Shown here piece by piece: positions 9,664-19,399 of a stretch of DNA of 64,000 bases. The notes under the pieces are model-generated. The model was not told the DNA's origin. It made no database searches and saw only the letters and a list, made by a program, of their open reading frames with translations. The position numbers and the translations under genes were made by a program. Within the stretch, counting starts at the first letter, position 1; every line of letters starts with the position of its first letter. The stretch is from positions 9,870 to 73,869 of the forward strand of contig CAZBHK010000001.1 of NCBI GenBank assembly GCA_964491895.1. Direction: 5' to 3'. Source of the stretch: an uncultured Pseudomonadota bacterium. GTDB taxonomy: Bacteria > Babelota > Babeliae > Babelales > UBA12411.

Positions 9664-10986
9664 GTGGGTATTATGAATAAGAATGTTATAGTATCATTTT
9701 TAATAATTCTTTTTTTTGGGATGTTATTGGCTACGCCATGGGGTGATCTTGGTATTAGTAAGGCTGAATATGATGCTGTTTTGGCTGAAGAGCAGCGTAG
9801 GGGTTATGGGCCTGCTGGACCAGCAGATCTTGATAAAGAAAAGGTTGTTCAAGAGTTTAAAAAAGAACATAAGGTTTTGCCTATTTACGGAGGAGTTAGG
9901 TTGGTTGGAAGCCCGGATGATGATGTTAAATGGTTTACAAGAGAGCTTATTCCATTAATAGCCAATGCAACTCCACAAGAACTAGTTTTATTGCTTGAAA
10001 CTTATCATTTAAAATCTCGTAATTTTTCTAATTTTATAGGATTGCTTCGTGAATGTGGGTGTTATTTAACAAGAAAAGGGAAAAGTACTCAAGCCAAGAA
10101 TTTTAGGTCATTGTATGAAGATGAAGTTCTTAAAGCAACAAATAGGCTATTGAAAAATATGAGATTTGGTAAAAGAAATACAGATGATTTAAATTTTGTT
10201 TATACTGAATTGGCTTCTGGTGAGTTATTTGATACTTTTGTTGTTCTTAATAAAATAATTAATCGAATAAAGACTTTATATCCTAGGGTTAATGTAAATT
10301 TAAAAGTCATTTTGATTGATATGATTTACAATAATAATTTTAAAATTTCAAATATTAAAAATGAAACTGTCGAAAATGGAAGACATAAAATTGTATTTAA
10401 TAAGGGATATGTTAAGCAATATCAAGCCATTCGACCAGATGCATTAAGTGGTATTTATAATAAGGGATATTTGGTAGAAAATGGTGGATATTTAGAACAA
10501 TTTGTCAGATGGTTTAGTAATATTGAAGGTATAAATTTAGAAATTATTACATACTCTTCTTTTAATGATTATAGAAAAGATCTTATTTTAAATAATCAAT
10601 TGAATTTAGCACCGAATTTATTTGTTGCTGCTGATTTAGACGGAGATTCTCGCGCTATGTTTCATAATTTTTTATTAGCTTATTTTAACAAAATTCATCA
10701 AATGGTAGATTCATTAACTTGGCCATATAATCAGACGGTTAATTTACAGTCTATAAATCTAGCAAAGAAAGGGGTTCAATTTATTAGAGGTTATGATATG
10801 AATAACGATGATGTAAATCGATGGGCTGTTTTGAAGGTTGGAGATTTTTTAGAATTAGCCGATATTCTACCTAATAATTATAGAATTACTGCGTATGAGA
10901 TTAGGTCAGATGGTTATATTAAAGAATCTAATAATATACAATATAAAAATTTAGATAATTTTGGAGAAGATATTAATAATTTATAA
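9664..10986 (+). CDS. hypothetical membrane-anchored/secreted protein
   Basis: 440 aa long ORF with an N-terminal hydrophobic segment (VIVSFLIILFFGMLLA). No recognisable motif. ATG at 9673 is an alternative to the listed GTG. Confidence 0.55.
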   Translation: MGIMNKNVIVSFLIILFFGMLLATPWGDLGISKAEYDAVLAEEQRRGYGPAGPADLDKEKVVQEFKKEHKVLPIYGGVRLVGSPDDDVKWFTRELIPLIANATPQELVLLLETYHLKSRNFSNFIGLLRECGCYLTRKGKSTQAKNFRSLYEDEVLKATNRLLKNMRFGKRNTDDLNFVYTELASGELFDTFVVLNKIINRIKTLYPRVNVNLKVILIDMIYNNNFKISNIKNETVENGRHKIVFNKGYVKQYQAIRPDALSGIYNKGYLVENGGYLEQFVRWFSNIEGINLEIITYSSFNDYRKDLILNNQLNLAPNLFVAADLDGDSRAMFHNFLLAYFNKIHQMVDSLTWPYNQTVNLQSINLAKKGVQFIRGYDMNNDDVNRWAVLKVGDFLELADILPNNYRITAYEIRSDGYIKESNNIQYKNLDNFGEDINNL

Positions 10987-11589
10987 TATCTTTTGCATTT
11001 TAAAGCTATTTTCTGCACGTTGCAGGAAAAGCTTGAGGCGTCTATAGTCGTTGCCTGTTAATAGAGAATAGGTTTTACTGAATTCATGTAGTCTTTCTTT
11101 GGATAGAAGGTTAAGATCTTCAAATTGTTTTAGGATGCCTAGTAGAAGTTCATCAAGGTTGCCGATATTATTTTGGAATGAGAATAGTAAATGCATAAAG
11201 TCAGGATTTGATAAGAATTTAGTTACTATGTCCTTATTACATCTGGATACAAAGGCATGAATTTTTGAAGGTTTTGGAGGTACTATATAAAATAGGCCTT
11301 GTTTATTCATATACCCTAGAATTTGTACTTTGAATGTAGTTTTTAAAAATTCAAAAATTTGAGGATGTTCAGATCGCAGTTCTTCTTCTGTTTTTTGATA
11401 AGGAAAGGGATATCTTATAGGGTCCATGGATCCGGTATTTATATTAACAACAGTGCCTAGGATGGTATAGTCTTCATTTGATACTGATACTATTGAACTA
11501 AAGTTAGGAAAATCATCCCAAACCCAGGATTGAGCAAGAAAATATTCTAGTGAGCTTTCTATCACTTCAGCAAAGGCATTTTTAAACAT
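10981..11589 (-). CDS. hypothetical protein
   Basis: Long ORF. ATG at 11589 is preferred (GAGGA 5 nt upstream; ATGTTTAA overlap with the rnhB stop). No motif recognised. Confidence 0.55.
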   Translation of the reverse strand: MFKNAFAEVIESSLEYFLAQSWVWDDFPNFSSIVSVSNEDYTILGTVVNINTGSMDPIRYPFPYQKTEEELRSEHPQIFEFLKTTFKVQILGYMNKQGLFYIVPPKPSKIHAFVSRCNKDIVTKFLSNPDFMHLLFSFQNNIGNLDELLLGILKQFEDLNLLSKERLHEFSKTYSLLTGNDYRRLKLFLQRAENSFKMQKIL

Positions 11590-12283
11590 TTTTATCCTCA
11601 AATAGGTTTTTTTGTTTTCCCTTTTCTATAACATAGATAGGGTTTTTTAGATAACTTTTTCTATGGATAATAGTTTCTCCATATCTACCCAGGAGGCTCC
11701 AGTGTTCTTTCGTACCATATCCCTTGTGCTGTCCTAAGTTAAATACAGGAAACAATAGGTTCATTTGTTCCATAATCTTGTCTCTTGTAACTTTGGCTAC
11801 AATAGATGCTGCAGCTATTGAGCTAGATATACTTTCTCCATATGGAAAGCTATGGATTTCTAGCCCTGGATGAGAAAAGATATCTTCTAGTTTTAAAGGC
11901 ATAGCGTCAATTAGCACATATTTGATGCTATTAAGTTGAACCCTTGGGTTTTCTATTAGTAATAAAAAAGCTCGCTTCATCGACTCTAAAGTTGCCTGAT
12001 AGATATTTATACGGTCTATAGTTTTCCAGCTACAGACTACCGAACTATGGATACAGTTCTTATTGATCCAGTTATAGGCGAGGATTAGTTCTTTATGGGT
12101 TAGGAGTTTAGAATCCTTTAGTAAGTGGTATTTTGTATTTATAGGGATTATCGCAGCAGAGATGACTACAGGTCCAGCTAATGGACCACGTCCGGCCTCA
12201 TCGATACCACAAATTTGTAGATTTTTTTTCCATGCTTTTTTTTCAAAAAATAGGGCTTTATAACGTAAAATCCCTTTTTTCAT
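11582..12283 (-). CDS. rnhB: ribonuclease HII
   Basis: 233 aa with GIDEAGRGPLAGPVV (the DEAGRG catalytic motif) and ...DSKLLT.... Confidence 0.92.
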   Translation of the reverse strand: MKKGILRYKALFFEKKAWKKNLQICGIDEAGRGPLAGPVVISAAIIPINTKYHLLKDSKLLTHKELILAYNWINKNCIHSSVVCSWKTIDRINIYQATLESMKRAFLLLIENPRVQLNSIKYVLIDAMPLKLEDIFSHPGLEIHSFPYGESISSSIAAASIVAKVTRDKIMEQMNLLFPVFNLGQHKGYGTKEHWSLLGRYGETIIHRKSYLKNPIYVIEKGKQKNLFEDKNV

Positions 12284-12379
12284 ATAGAATTACTCCTATG
12301 CCTGTTTGACATCAAATTATTTTCAGGCAGACTATATTAAGGTACAAGCATATCAAATTTAATATTTTAGGAGAAGATA

Positions 12380-13099
12380 ATGTCATACATACCTACAGAT
12401 GACAAGTTTCGAGTAAAGGATATTTCTATGCCTTCTACTGAACTTAGAGTCAAAGAATTACTTAGAGAACGTGGATGGACTACTAAGGTTTTAGCAGAAA
12501 AGACTGGTATGTCCGAGAGTTATCTTACACATATAAAAAATGGCACAAGACGTTGGAATGAAGATGCTCTTAAAAAATTAGCCAAAGCCTTCGAATTACA
12601 CCCAATAGATTTATTTGCTCAAAGAAAAAATAGAACAGATAATGTAGAAAGCTCTGTAAAATTACCAGAAAAAACTGAGGTAGATCTAGAACTTAAGGTC
12701 GTTCCTGTTATGAACGAGATTCCATCTAATCCGTCACCTTATAACAACCAGCTTTTACAAATTACTACAGGATATAAGGATGTATTCGTTCCTGTTTTTA
12801 ATAACAAGGACGAGTCTATGTTCTGTTACATGATAGAAAATAATACTTTAGCGCCTAAGTTTATTAAGGGAGATTCTCTTATAATTTCACCTGAAACATG
12901 GGCTAGATCTGGAGACGTAGCAGCCGTAGAATATGGCAACGATAATCCAGTTAAGGCTATTATGCAAGTTACATATATGGATGATTTTATCGTATTAGAG
13001 CATGTTGGACATAAACAGTCCCCTGTAGCTTTAATAAGAGGAAAAGATTATTTTAGGATTATTGGTAAAGTAATATATCGATACCAAAAAATGAGTTAA
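12380..13099 (+). CDS. XRE-type HTH / S24 (LexA/CI-like) repressor
   Basis: N-terminal HTH (LRERGWTTKVLAEKTGMSESYLTHIKNG). The C-terminal S24-like domain (ENNTLAPKFIKGDSLII ... VKAIMQV ... IIGKVI) has Thr where LexA has the nucleophilic Ser. Confidence 0.7.
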   Translation: MSYIPTDDKFRVKDISMPSTELRVKELLRERGWTTKVLAEKTGMSESYLTHIKNGTRRWNEDALKKLAKAFELHPIDLFAQRKNRTDNVESSVKLPEKTEVDLELKVVPVMNEIPSNPSPYNNQLLQITTGYKDVFVPVFNNKDESMFCYMIENNTLAPKFIKGDSLIISPETWARSGDVAAVEYGNDNPVKAIMQVTYMDDFIVLEHVGHKQSPVALIRGKDYFRIIGKVIYRYQKMS

Positions 13100-13129
13100 T
13101 TAAACTCTCCTGGAAAAGATTGTTTGTAC

Positions 13130-13160
13130 AAAAGCCAAGTTGTAAAACTTGGCTTTTTTT
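13130..13160 (+). terminator. rho-independent terminator after the repressor gene
   Basis: AAAAGCCAAGTT-GTAA-AACTTGGCTTTT stem (8 GC/AU pairs plus A:T extension) followed by a T7 run. Confidence 0.8.
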
Positions 13161-13292
13161 ATTTATAGGGAGCCTCTAGTAAAAAACTCAAGACAATGTT
13201 AGAATTAATGCGATTTGTAAAAGAAGGTATCGTTAGTGCGTAGGCACTATCTCCTTCCTATTATGTTATGTGATCTATGATGGGAGAACCAA

Positions 13293-13703
13293 ATGATACG
13301 ATATGAGACGTTAATGCTTTCTAATCCGGATATATCCGAGGCAAACGTACAGTCCTTGGAACAACAGATAGAAAGGATTGTTACTGAAGCTAAGGGAAAG
13401 CTACTTTCATTTGAGTATTGGGGAAAGTATAGACTTTCTTATCCAGTAAATAAGAATGAGTATGGCGTATATTGTCTTGCTAGATATGAGCTACCAGAAG
13501 AGAATATTACTGCGGCTATTAGTAACTTACAGCTTTATTTCAGAATCAAGGCAAATGATATTGTTTTAAGACAAGTATGTAAGAGGCTTGGTAAAGGAGC
13601 ATCTTTGGAATATATGAAGCCAGAATCTATGGATTTTTCAAAACCAGATATGGCTCCAATGGTTGATAATACAGATGACTCAGATGATAGAATAGCAGGT
13701 TAA
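13293..13703 (+). CDS. rpsF: 30S ribosomal protein S6
   Basis: MIRYETLMLSNPDISE...FEYWGKYRLSYPVNK is a typical S6 sequence with an acidic C-terminal tail. It lies directly upstream of rpsR. Confidence 0.92.
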   Translation: MIRYETLMLSNPDISEANVQSLEQQIERIVTEAKGKLLSFEYWGKYRLSYPVNKNEYGVYCLARYELPEENITAAISNLQLYFRIKANDIVLRQVCKRLGKGASLEYMKPESMDFSKPDMAPMVDNTDDSDDRIAG

Positions 13704-13708
13704 GGATT

Positions 13709-13996
13709 ATGGGAAAATTAAAGCTTAAAATTAGTCAACGTTTAGTAAGAAAAAAGATAAGAAAAAAACAGACATTTTTGACTAAAAAAATCTGTCGTTT
13801 TTGTGGATCTAAGAATCAAGAAGCAGAGTTGGATTATAAGAATACTCGTATGTTAAGAGGGTTCATTACAGAGCGTGGTAAGATATTACCTTCACGTGTT
13901 TCTGGAAACTGCTTTTTTCATCAACGCGCTCTTGCTTCACACATTAAAATTGCAAGGACTATGGCATTATTACCATATACACCTATGCATATATAA
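13709..13996 (+). CDS. rpsR: 30S ribosomal protein S18
   Basis: CRFCGSK...DYKNTRMLRGFITERGKILPSRVSGNCFFHQRALASHIKIARTMALLPY matches the S18 consensus. Confidence 0.93.
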   Translation: MGKLKLKISQRLVRKKIRKKQTFLTKKICRFCGSKNQEAELDYKNTRMLRGFITERGKILPSRVSGNCFFHQRALASHIKIARTMALLPYTPMHI

Positions 13997-14017
13997 GTAA
14001 TTAAATTTTATAAAAAT

Positions 14018-14045
14018 TTTCCCCAGGATTTTATTCCTGGGGAAA
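14018..14045 (+). terminator. strong hairpin between rpsR and typA (terminator/attenuator candidate, no U-tract)
   Basis: TTTCCCCAGGA-TTTTAT-TCCTGGGGAAA forms an 11-bp stem. On the + strand it is followed by AAATTAATT rather than a T run. Confidence 0.35.
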
Positions 14046-14063
14046 TTAATTAGTTTTGGAATT

Positions 14064-15881
14064 ATGGATAAGTTAAAACATAGAAATAATTTAAGAAATA
14101 TAGCTATTATTGCTCACGTTGATCATGGGAAGACTACTCTTGTTGATAGGCTTTTAACGTTTACAGGAACGGTTTCTGCTGCTGTGGCTACAGATCGTAT
14201 TATGGATAGTGGTGATATAGAAAAAGAGCGTGGTATTACTATTCTTGCAAAGAATACATCAATATTATTACCAAATTTAAAAATCAATATTGTTGATACA
14301 CCAGGCCACATGGATTTTGGTGGTGAAGTAGAACGTACTTTGCAAATGGTTGAAGGATTTTTACTTTTAGTAGATGCTGCAGAAGGACCATTGCCAGGCA
14401 CACGTTTTGTATTGCAAAAAGCTTTAGCTCTTAATTTAAAACCTATTGTTTTAATAAATAAGATTGATCGTAGTGATGCGGATATTCCATTGACTGAATC
14501 TAAAATTCAAGATTTATTTTTAGAGATTGCTACTGATGCTTCACAACTAGATTATGTTGTTTTATATGGTTCTTCAAAAAAAGGCTTTGTTTCCACTAAT
14601 CCAGAAGCTAGAGATGGAGACATGCAGCCGCTTATTGATGTTATCATTAAAACAATTCCTGAGCCTGTGCAAATTTTGGATCATCTACAATTATTAGTAA
14701 CAAATCTAACCTATTCTGACTATCTTGGAAGAATAGCTATAGGCAAAATTTTAAATGGCACTATTTCATTAGGGAAAATAGTTGTTCCTTGTGCTGGTAA
14801 TGATATTGGTAAACCCATGAAGATTACTAAGCTTTATCAATTTGAAGGTTTAGAGCGTAAAGAGGTTGATTTTGCAGAGTTTGGAGATATTGTAGCTATA
14901 GCAGGTTTTGAAGAAGAAATTGCTATAGGTTCAACAATTTGTGATGTAGATACTCCTAAGCCTGTTGCGTATACTCAAATAGATGAACCTACATTAAGTA
15001 TTAATTTTTCTATTAACGATTCTCCGTTTTATGGTAAAGAAGGCAAGCTTCTTACTTCTAGACAGATTCGTGAACGGTTACAAAAAGAGTTAAAAACAAA
15101 TGTAGCTCTTCGTGTTGAAGATACAGATTCAGCAGAAACTTTGAAAGTTTCTGGTAGAGGCCAACTACATCTAAGTATTTTGGTAGAAAATATGAGACGA
15201 GAAGGGTTTGAGTTGTCTCTTTCTGCTCCTGAGGTTATTTATAAACAAATTGATGGAAAACGTAACGAGCCTATAGAACTTTTGACTTTGGATATTAATG
15301 AAGAGCATCAAGGTGCCTTGATTGAAATCTTGGGTAAACGTAAAGCGATCATGCAAAATTTGGAACCATATGGTGAACGCAAGGTGCGTGTAGAGTTTAC
15401 CATACCTGCAAGAGGTCTCATTGGATTTAGAACACAGTTTGTTACAGAGACACGCGGTACTGGTCTTATGAATCATAGATTCCTTGAATATCAATCATAT
15501 CTTGGTGATATTGCTCGTAGAGTTAAAGGTGCTTTAATTTCTATGGAAACAGGTACAGTTACTCCATATGCTTTAGATAGTATAAAGGATAGAGGTACTT
15601 TGTTTGTAAGTGCTGGTAGTGAAGTTTATCAGGGAATGATTATTGGTGAGCATAGTAGAGAAAGTGATCTTGAAGTTAATCCTACTAAGAAGAAAAAGCT
15701 AACTAATATGAGAGCATCTGGTTCAGATGATGCTGTAATGTTAGCACCAGCAAAAGAGATGACGTTAGAAATGTGTTTAGATTGGATAGCACCAGATGAG
15801 CTCATCGAAGTTACTCCAAAAAGTATTAGACTTAGAAAGAGATTTTTAAAATCTCATGAAAGAAAAAGAAAAACAGAGTAA
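14064..15881 (+). CDS. typA: translational GTPase TypA/BipA
   Basis: 605 aa. LRNIAIIAHVDHGKTTLVDRLL, DTPGHMDFGGEVER and NKIDR are present, with BipA-type C-terminal domains. Confidence 0.94.
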   Translation: MDKLKHRNNLRNIAIIAHVDHGKTTLVDRLLTFTGTVSAAVATDRIMDSGDIEKERGITILAKNTSILLPNLKINIVDTPGHMDFGGEVERTLQMVEGFLLLVDAAEGPLPGTRFVLQKALALNLKPIVLINKIDRSDADIPLTESKIQDLFLEIATDASQLDYVVLYGSSKKGFVSTNPEARDGDMQPLIDVIIKTIPEPVQILDHLQLLVTNLTYSDYLGRIAIGKILNGTISLGKIVVPCAGNDIGKPMKITKLYQFEGLERKEVDFAEFGDIVAIAGFEEEIAIGSTICDVDTPKPVAYTQIDEPTLSINFSINDSPFYGKEGKLLTSRQIRERLQKELKTNVALRVEDTDSAETLKVSGRGQLHLSILVENMRREGFELSLSAPEVIYKQIDGKRNEPIELLTLDINEEHQGALIEILGKRKAIMQNLEPYGERKVRVEFTIPARGLIGFRTQFVTETRGTGLMNHRFLEYQSYLGDIARRVKGALISMETGTVTPYALDSIKDRGTLFVSAGSEVYQGMIIGEHSRESDLEVNPTKKKKLTNMRASGSDDAVMLAPAKEMTLEMCLDWIAPDELIEVTPKSIRLRKRFLKSHERKRKTE

Positions 15882-15889
15882 GGTTATTA

Positions 15890-16744
15890 ATGACTTGTTT
15901 ATTACCTATAATTTTTGCATTGTTGGGTGCTTCAGAATATTTAGGTTATAAAGAAAATAGATGGCAGTCGTGTAACACAATTCAAGAAAAAGTTATTAAT
16001 CAGTATCTACCACAAGGTAGTTCTATACATGAATTAAAAGAGAAATACTTTTTAAAGCAATTGTGTTACATTGCCACGAATGATTCATTAAAGCTTAAAA
16101 GCTTTTTACAAAAACATAACAGCAATTTGGATGTACAAGATTTTAGTCCGAATGAGTTTGGTGTTGCTACTATTTTAACATTACAGCTGAAATGGCTTTA
16201 TGGAGCAACTCAAGTTGAGATTGTTAAAAATAATCAGATATATCCTGCAATAGAAATTAAAAATAGTGGATTTTCAACTTTTAAGGTTAATAATGAAATT
16301 ATTAGTAAGTTGAAAACTGATAATGGTGATGAAGTTTGTATTAAAGAAGCTGGTAATGTTTTGCATGGATTAGATTTAGTTGAATATCTTTCTGATTTAG
16401 AAACTAAGATGGTTGTTAGTGATGAATCTTATTCACATATTGTTTTTCCTATGGTCGATTTTGAGTTTTTAGATGATGATTGGTTAAAAGGTATGAGACT
16501 TGGTGCTCATGTAGTTACACGATCATATAATATGGTACGTTATAAGATGCATCATTTTGGTATTAATTTAAAGAGTATAGCCGTAATCAATATGACCAAA
16601 TCTATTTTTTTTGATTTAGAAAAAAAACTAATAATTGATAAGCCATTTTATATATGGATTAAGCGGCCTAATATTTCTATTCCAATATTTTCAGCATATG
16701 TATCAGAAAAGAATTGGAAAAATCCAATTAATGTTTGTCTTTAA
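15890..16744 (+). CDS. secreted protein with serpin-like C-terminus (divergent, short)
   Basis: 284 aa with a signal-like N-terminus. LIIDKPFYIWI fits the serpin signature pattern as I recall it ([LIVMFY]-x-[LIVMFYAC]-[DNQ]-[RKHQS]-[PST]-F-[LIVMFY]-[LIVMFYC]-x-[LIVMFAH]). VFPMVDFEF resembles the LPKFKxE strand. Confidence 0.35.
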   Translation: MTCLLPIIFALLGASEYLGYKENRWQSCNTIQEKVINQYLPQGSSIHELKEKYFLKQLCYIATNDSLKLKSFLQKHNSNLDVQDFSPNEFGVATILTLQLKWLYGATQVEIVKNNQIYPAIEIKNSGFSTFKVNNEIISKLKTDNGDEVCIKEAGNVLHGLDLVEYLSDLETKMVVSDESYSHIVFPMVDFEFLDDDWLKGMRLGAHVVTRSYNMVRYKMHHFGINLKSIAVINMTKSIFFDLEKKLIIDKPFYIWIKRPNISIPIFSAYVSEKNWKNPINVCL

Positions 16745-18041
16745 AACTTATTTCATTTCTTAGCTTAAAGATACCATAAAGATTTATTGTTAAAAGTAGC
16801 ATTCCTGTAATAGACATTATCATTAGGTTATGTCTTTCTTCTCCAATGAATGAGAATAGTATTAGGGTGCAAAAGGCATATAAAAAATAGGCTTTTTCCC
16901 CATATTTAGCAGATATGAAAGATGCAGCTTTTTGTCCTGCTGAGAAGTAAGCAATAACTGTTGAATATCCAAGTAAAAAGATAAATATGGGCCAAATTAT
17001 TTTTATATAAGGAAAGTATAGTTCTAATGCGGAGGCTACAACGTAGTCTTCGTGGATACCATTCGTCCATACACCTGTAACAAGTATTAAGAGAACACTT
17101 AATGTACATATTACAAATGTATCAAGGAAGATACCCACAATTCCTAGTACAGCTTGTTTATGTGGATCTGTTTCTTGTGTTTCGCTGTGAATAATAGAAG
17201 CATATCCTACTCCAATATCTCCAGAGTAACAGGCTCTTCTTACGCCTTGTGATATTGTTATTATTAAAGAACTTCCTAAGAATGCTCCAACAGCTGCATG
17301 TCCAGTAAATGCTGATTTAAAAATAGAATAGATAACAGATAGAAAAACTGTTCTTGTTTCAAAAAAAATCCATAAACTCATTAATGAAAATAGCACTATG
17401 AAGATAGGAATCATTACACTGCTAATGCGTCCTACTAGTTTGACGCCACCTTTACTTGTAAATAATACAGCAATTAAAAGAAAAATCGTGACATAAAATC
17501 TATTTATATTCCAAGTTGCTGAAATGCTATGACTCATGATTCTAAAGATATAAATTTCAACACCATATATGCATAATAGAACGCTTGCTAAATATGGAAT
17601 AAATTTGGTTTTGAATACTTTTTGTAGAAAGATCATAGGCCCTCCATTATAGGTGCCTTGATCATTAGTTATACGGTATTTAATTCCTAAGAAAATTTCT
17701 GAATATTTTACAATCATTCCTAGTAGAGCGGTAATCCACAGCCAAAATACTGCGCCAGGACCACCAATTTGTACGGCTGTTGCGACACCAACAATATTTC
17801 CTATACCTATTGTTCCTCCAATGGTTGCAAAAAAAGCATAAAGAGGGTGTATACCACGACCATGTTTTTTTTCAGGACCAAGTAGATTTATGAAACGTTT
17901 GAATATTTGAGGCAGTTGTATTATTTGTATCCAGTTGGATTTATATGAGAAATATAATCCTAAGATTACAATTGCAGGCGCACCTATAAAATTCCAAAAA
18001 GTATTATCTATTTTATCTAGAAAATCTAAAAATTGTTCCAA
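16728..18041 (-). CDS. alanine/glycine:cation symporter (AGCS family), copy A
   Basis: 437 aa, polytopic. FFATIGGTIGIGNIVGVATAVQIGGPGAVFWLWITALLGMIVKYSEIFLGIKYR matches the AGCS/AlsT signature region. Confidence 0.88.
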   Translation of the reverse strand: MEQFLDFLDKIDNTFWNFIGAPAIVILGLYFSYKSNWIQIIQLPQIFKRFINLLGPEKKHGRGIHPLYAFFATIGGTIGIGNIVGVATAVQIGGPGAVFWLWITALLGMIVKYSEIFLGIKYRITNDQGTYNGGPMIFLQKVFKTKFIPYLASVLLCIYGVEIYIFRIMSHSISATWNINRFYVTIFLLIAVLFTSKGGVKLVGRISSVMIPIFIVLFSLMSLWIFFETRTVFLSVIYSIFKSAFTGHAAVGAFLGSSLIITISQGVRRACYSGDIGVGYASIIHSETQETDPHKQAVLGIVGIFLDTFVICTLSVLLILVTGVWTNGIHEDYVVASALELYFPYIKIIWPIFIFLLGYSTVIAYFSAGQKAASFISAKYGEKAYFLYAFCTLILFSFIGEERHNLMIMSITGMLLLTINLYGIFKLRNEISFKDKH

Positions 18042-18042
18042 T
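17670..18042. repeat. 373-nt block identical to 19028..19400 (5' part of AGCS copy A)
   Basis: Compared by eye at an offset of 1358 nt with no mismatch seen. Identity stops 1 nt beyond the start codon on one side and at A17669/B19027 (t vs c) on the other. Confidence 0.8.
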
Positions 18043-18085
18043 TAATTTCCCTTTAATCGCATAGTTAAAATAATATATTAGCATA

Positions 18086-19399
18086 TTAACGTTTGTCTTT
18101 AAACCGTATTTCATTTCTTAGCTTGAAGATTCCATAAAGATTTATTGTTAAAAGTAGCATTCCCGTAATGGACATTATCATTAAGTTATGTCTTTCTTCT
18201 CCAATGAATGAAAAAAATATTAAGGCACAAAAAGCATATAAGAAGTAGCCTTTTTTCCCATACTTAACAGATACGAACATTGCGGCTTTTTGTCCTGCTG
18301 AGAAATAAGATATAACAGTTGAATATCCAAGTAGGAAGATAAATATAGGCCAAATTATTTTTACATAAGGAAAATATTGTTCTAGTGCAGCTGCTACAAC
18401 ATAATCTTCATGGATCCCGTCTGTCCATACCCCGGTAACAAGTATTAAGAGAACACTTAGCGTACATATCACAAATGTATCAAGTAAGATTCCTATAATG
18501 CCTAGCACTGCTTGTTTATGTGGATCTGTTTCTTGTGTTTCGCTGTGGATAATAGAAGCATAACCTACTCCGATGTCTTCGCTGTAGCAAGCTCTTCTTA
18601 CGCCTTGTGATATTGTTATTATTAATGAGCTTCCTAAGAATGCTCCAACAGCTGCATGTCCAGTAAATGCTGATTTAAAGATAGAATAGATAATAGAAGG
18701 AAAAACCGCTCTTGTTTTAAAAAAGATCCACAAACTCATTAATGAAAATGATACAATGAAGATAGGAATTATCACGCTGCTTATGCGTCCTACTAGTTTT
18801 ATACCACCTTTACTTGTAAATAATACAATAATTAAAAGAAAAATGGTTACATAAAGTTTATTTAAATTCCAAGTTGTTGAAATACTATGACTCATGATTC
18901 TAAAGATATAAATTTCAACACCGTATATACATAATAGAATGCTTACTAAATATGGAATGAATTTGGTTTTGAATACTTTTTGTAGAAAGATCATAGGCCC
19001 TCCATCATAGGTACCTTGATCATTAGCTATACGGTATTTAATTCCTAAGAAAATTTCTGAATATTTTACAATCATTCCTAGTAGAGCGGTAATCCACAGC
19101 CAAAATACTGCGCCAGGACCACCAATTTGTACGGCTGTTGCGACACCAACAATATTTCCTATACCTATTGTTCCTCCAATGGTTGCAAAAAAAGCATAAA
19201 GAGGGTGTATACCACGACCATGTTTTTTTTCAGGACCAAGTAGATTTATGAAACGTTTGAATATTTGAGGCAGTTGTATTATTTGTATCCAGTTGGATTT
19301 ATATGAGAAATATAATCCTAAGATTACAATTGCAGGCGCACCTATAAAATTCCAAAAAGTATTATCTATTTTATCTAGAAAATCTAAAAATTGTTCCAA
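18086..19399 (-). CDS. alanine/glycine:cation symporter (AGCS family), copy B
   Basis: 437 aa tandem paralog of copy A. The first 123 residues are identical, with scattered substitutions afterwards. Confidence 0.88.
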   Translation of the reverse strand: MEQFLDFLDKIDNTFWNFIGAPAIVILGLYFSYKSNWIQIIQLPQIFKRFINLLGPEKKHGRGIHPLYAFFATIGGTIGIGNIVGVATAVQIGGPGAVFWLWITALLGMIVKYSEIFLGIKYRIANDQGTYDGGPMIFLQKVFKTKFIPYLVSILLCIYGVEIYIFRIMSHSISTTWNLNKLYVTIFLLIIVLFTSKGGIKLVGRISSVIIPIFIVSFSLMSLWIFFKTRAVFPSIIYSIFKSAFTGHAAVGAFLGSSLIITISQGVRRACYSEDIGVGYASIIHSETQETDPHKQAVLGIIGILLDTFVICTLSVLLILVTGVWTDGIHEDYVVAAALEQYFPYVKIIWPIFIFLLGYSTVISYFSAGQKAAMFVSVKYGKKGYFLYAFCALIFFSFIGEERHNLMIMSITGMLLLTINLYGIFKLRNEIRFKDKR

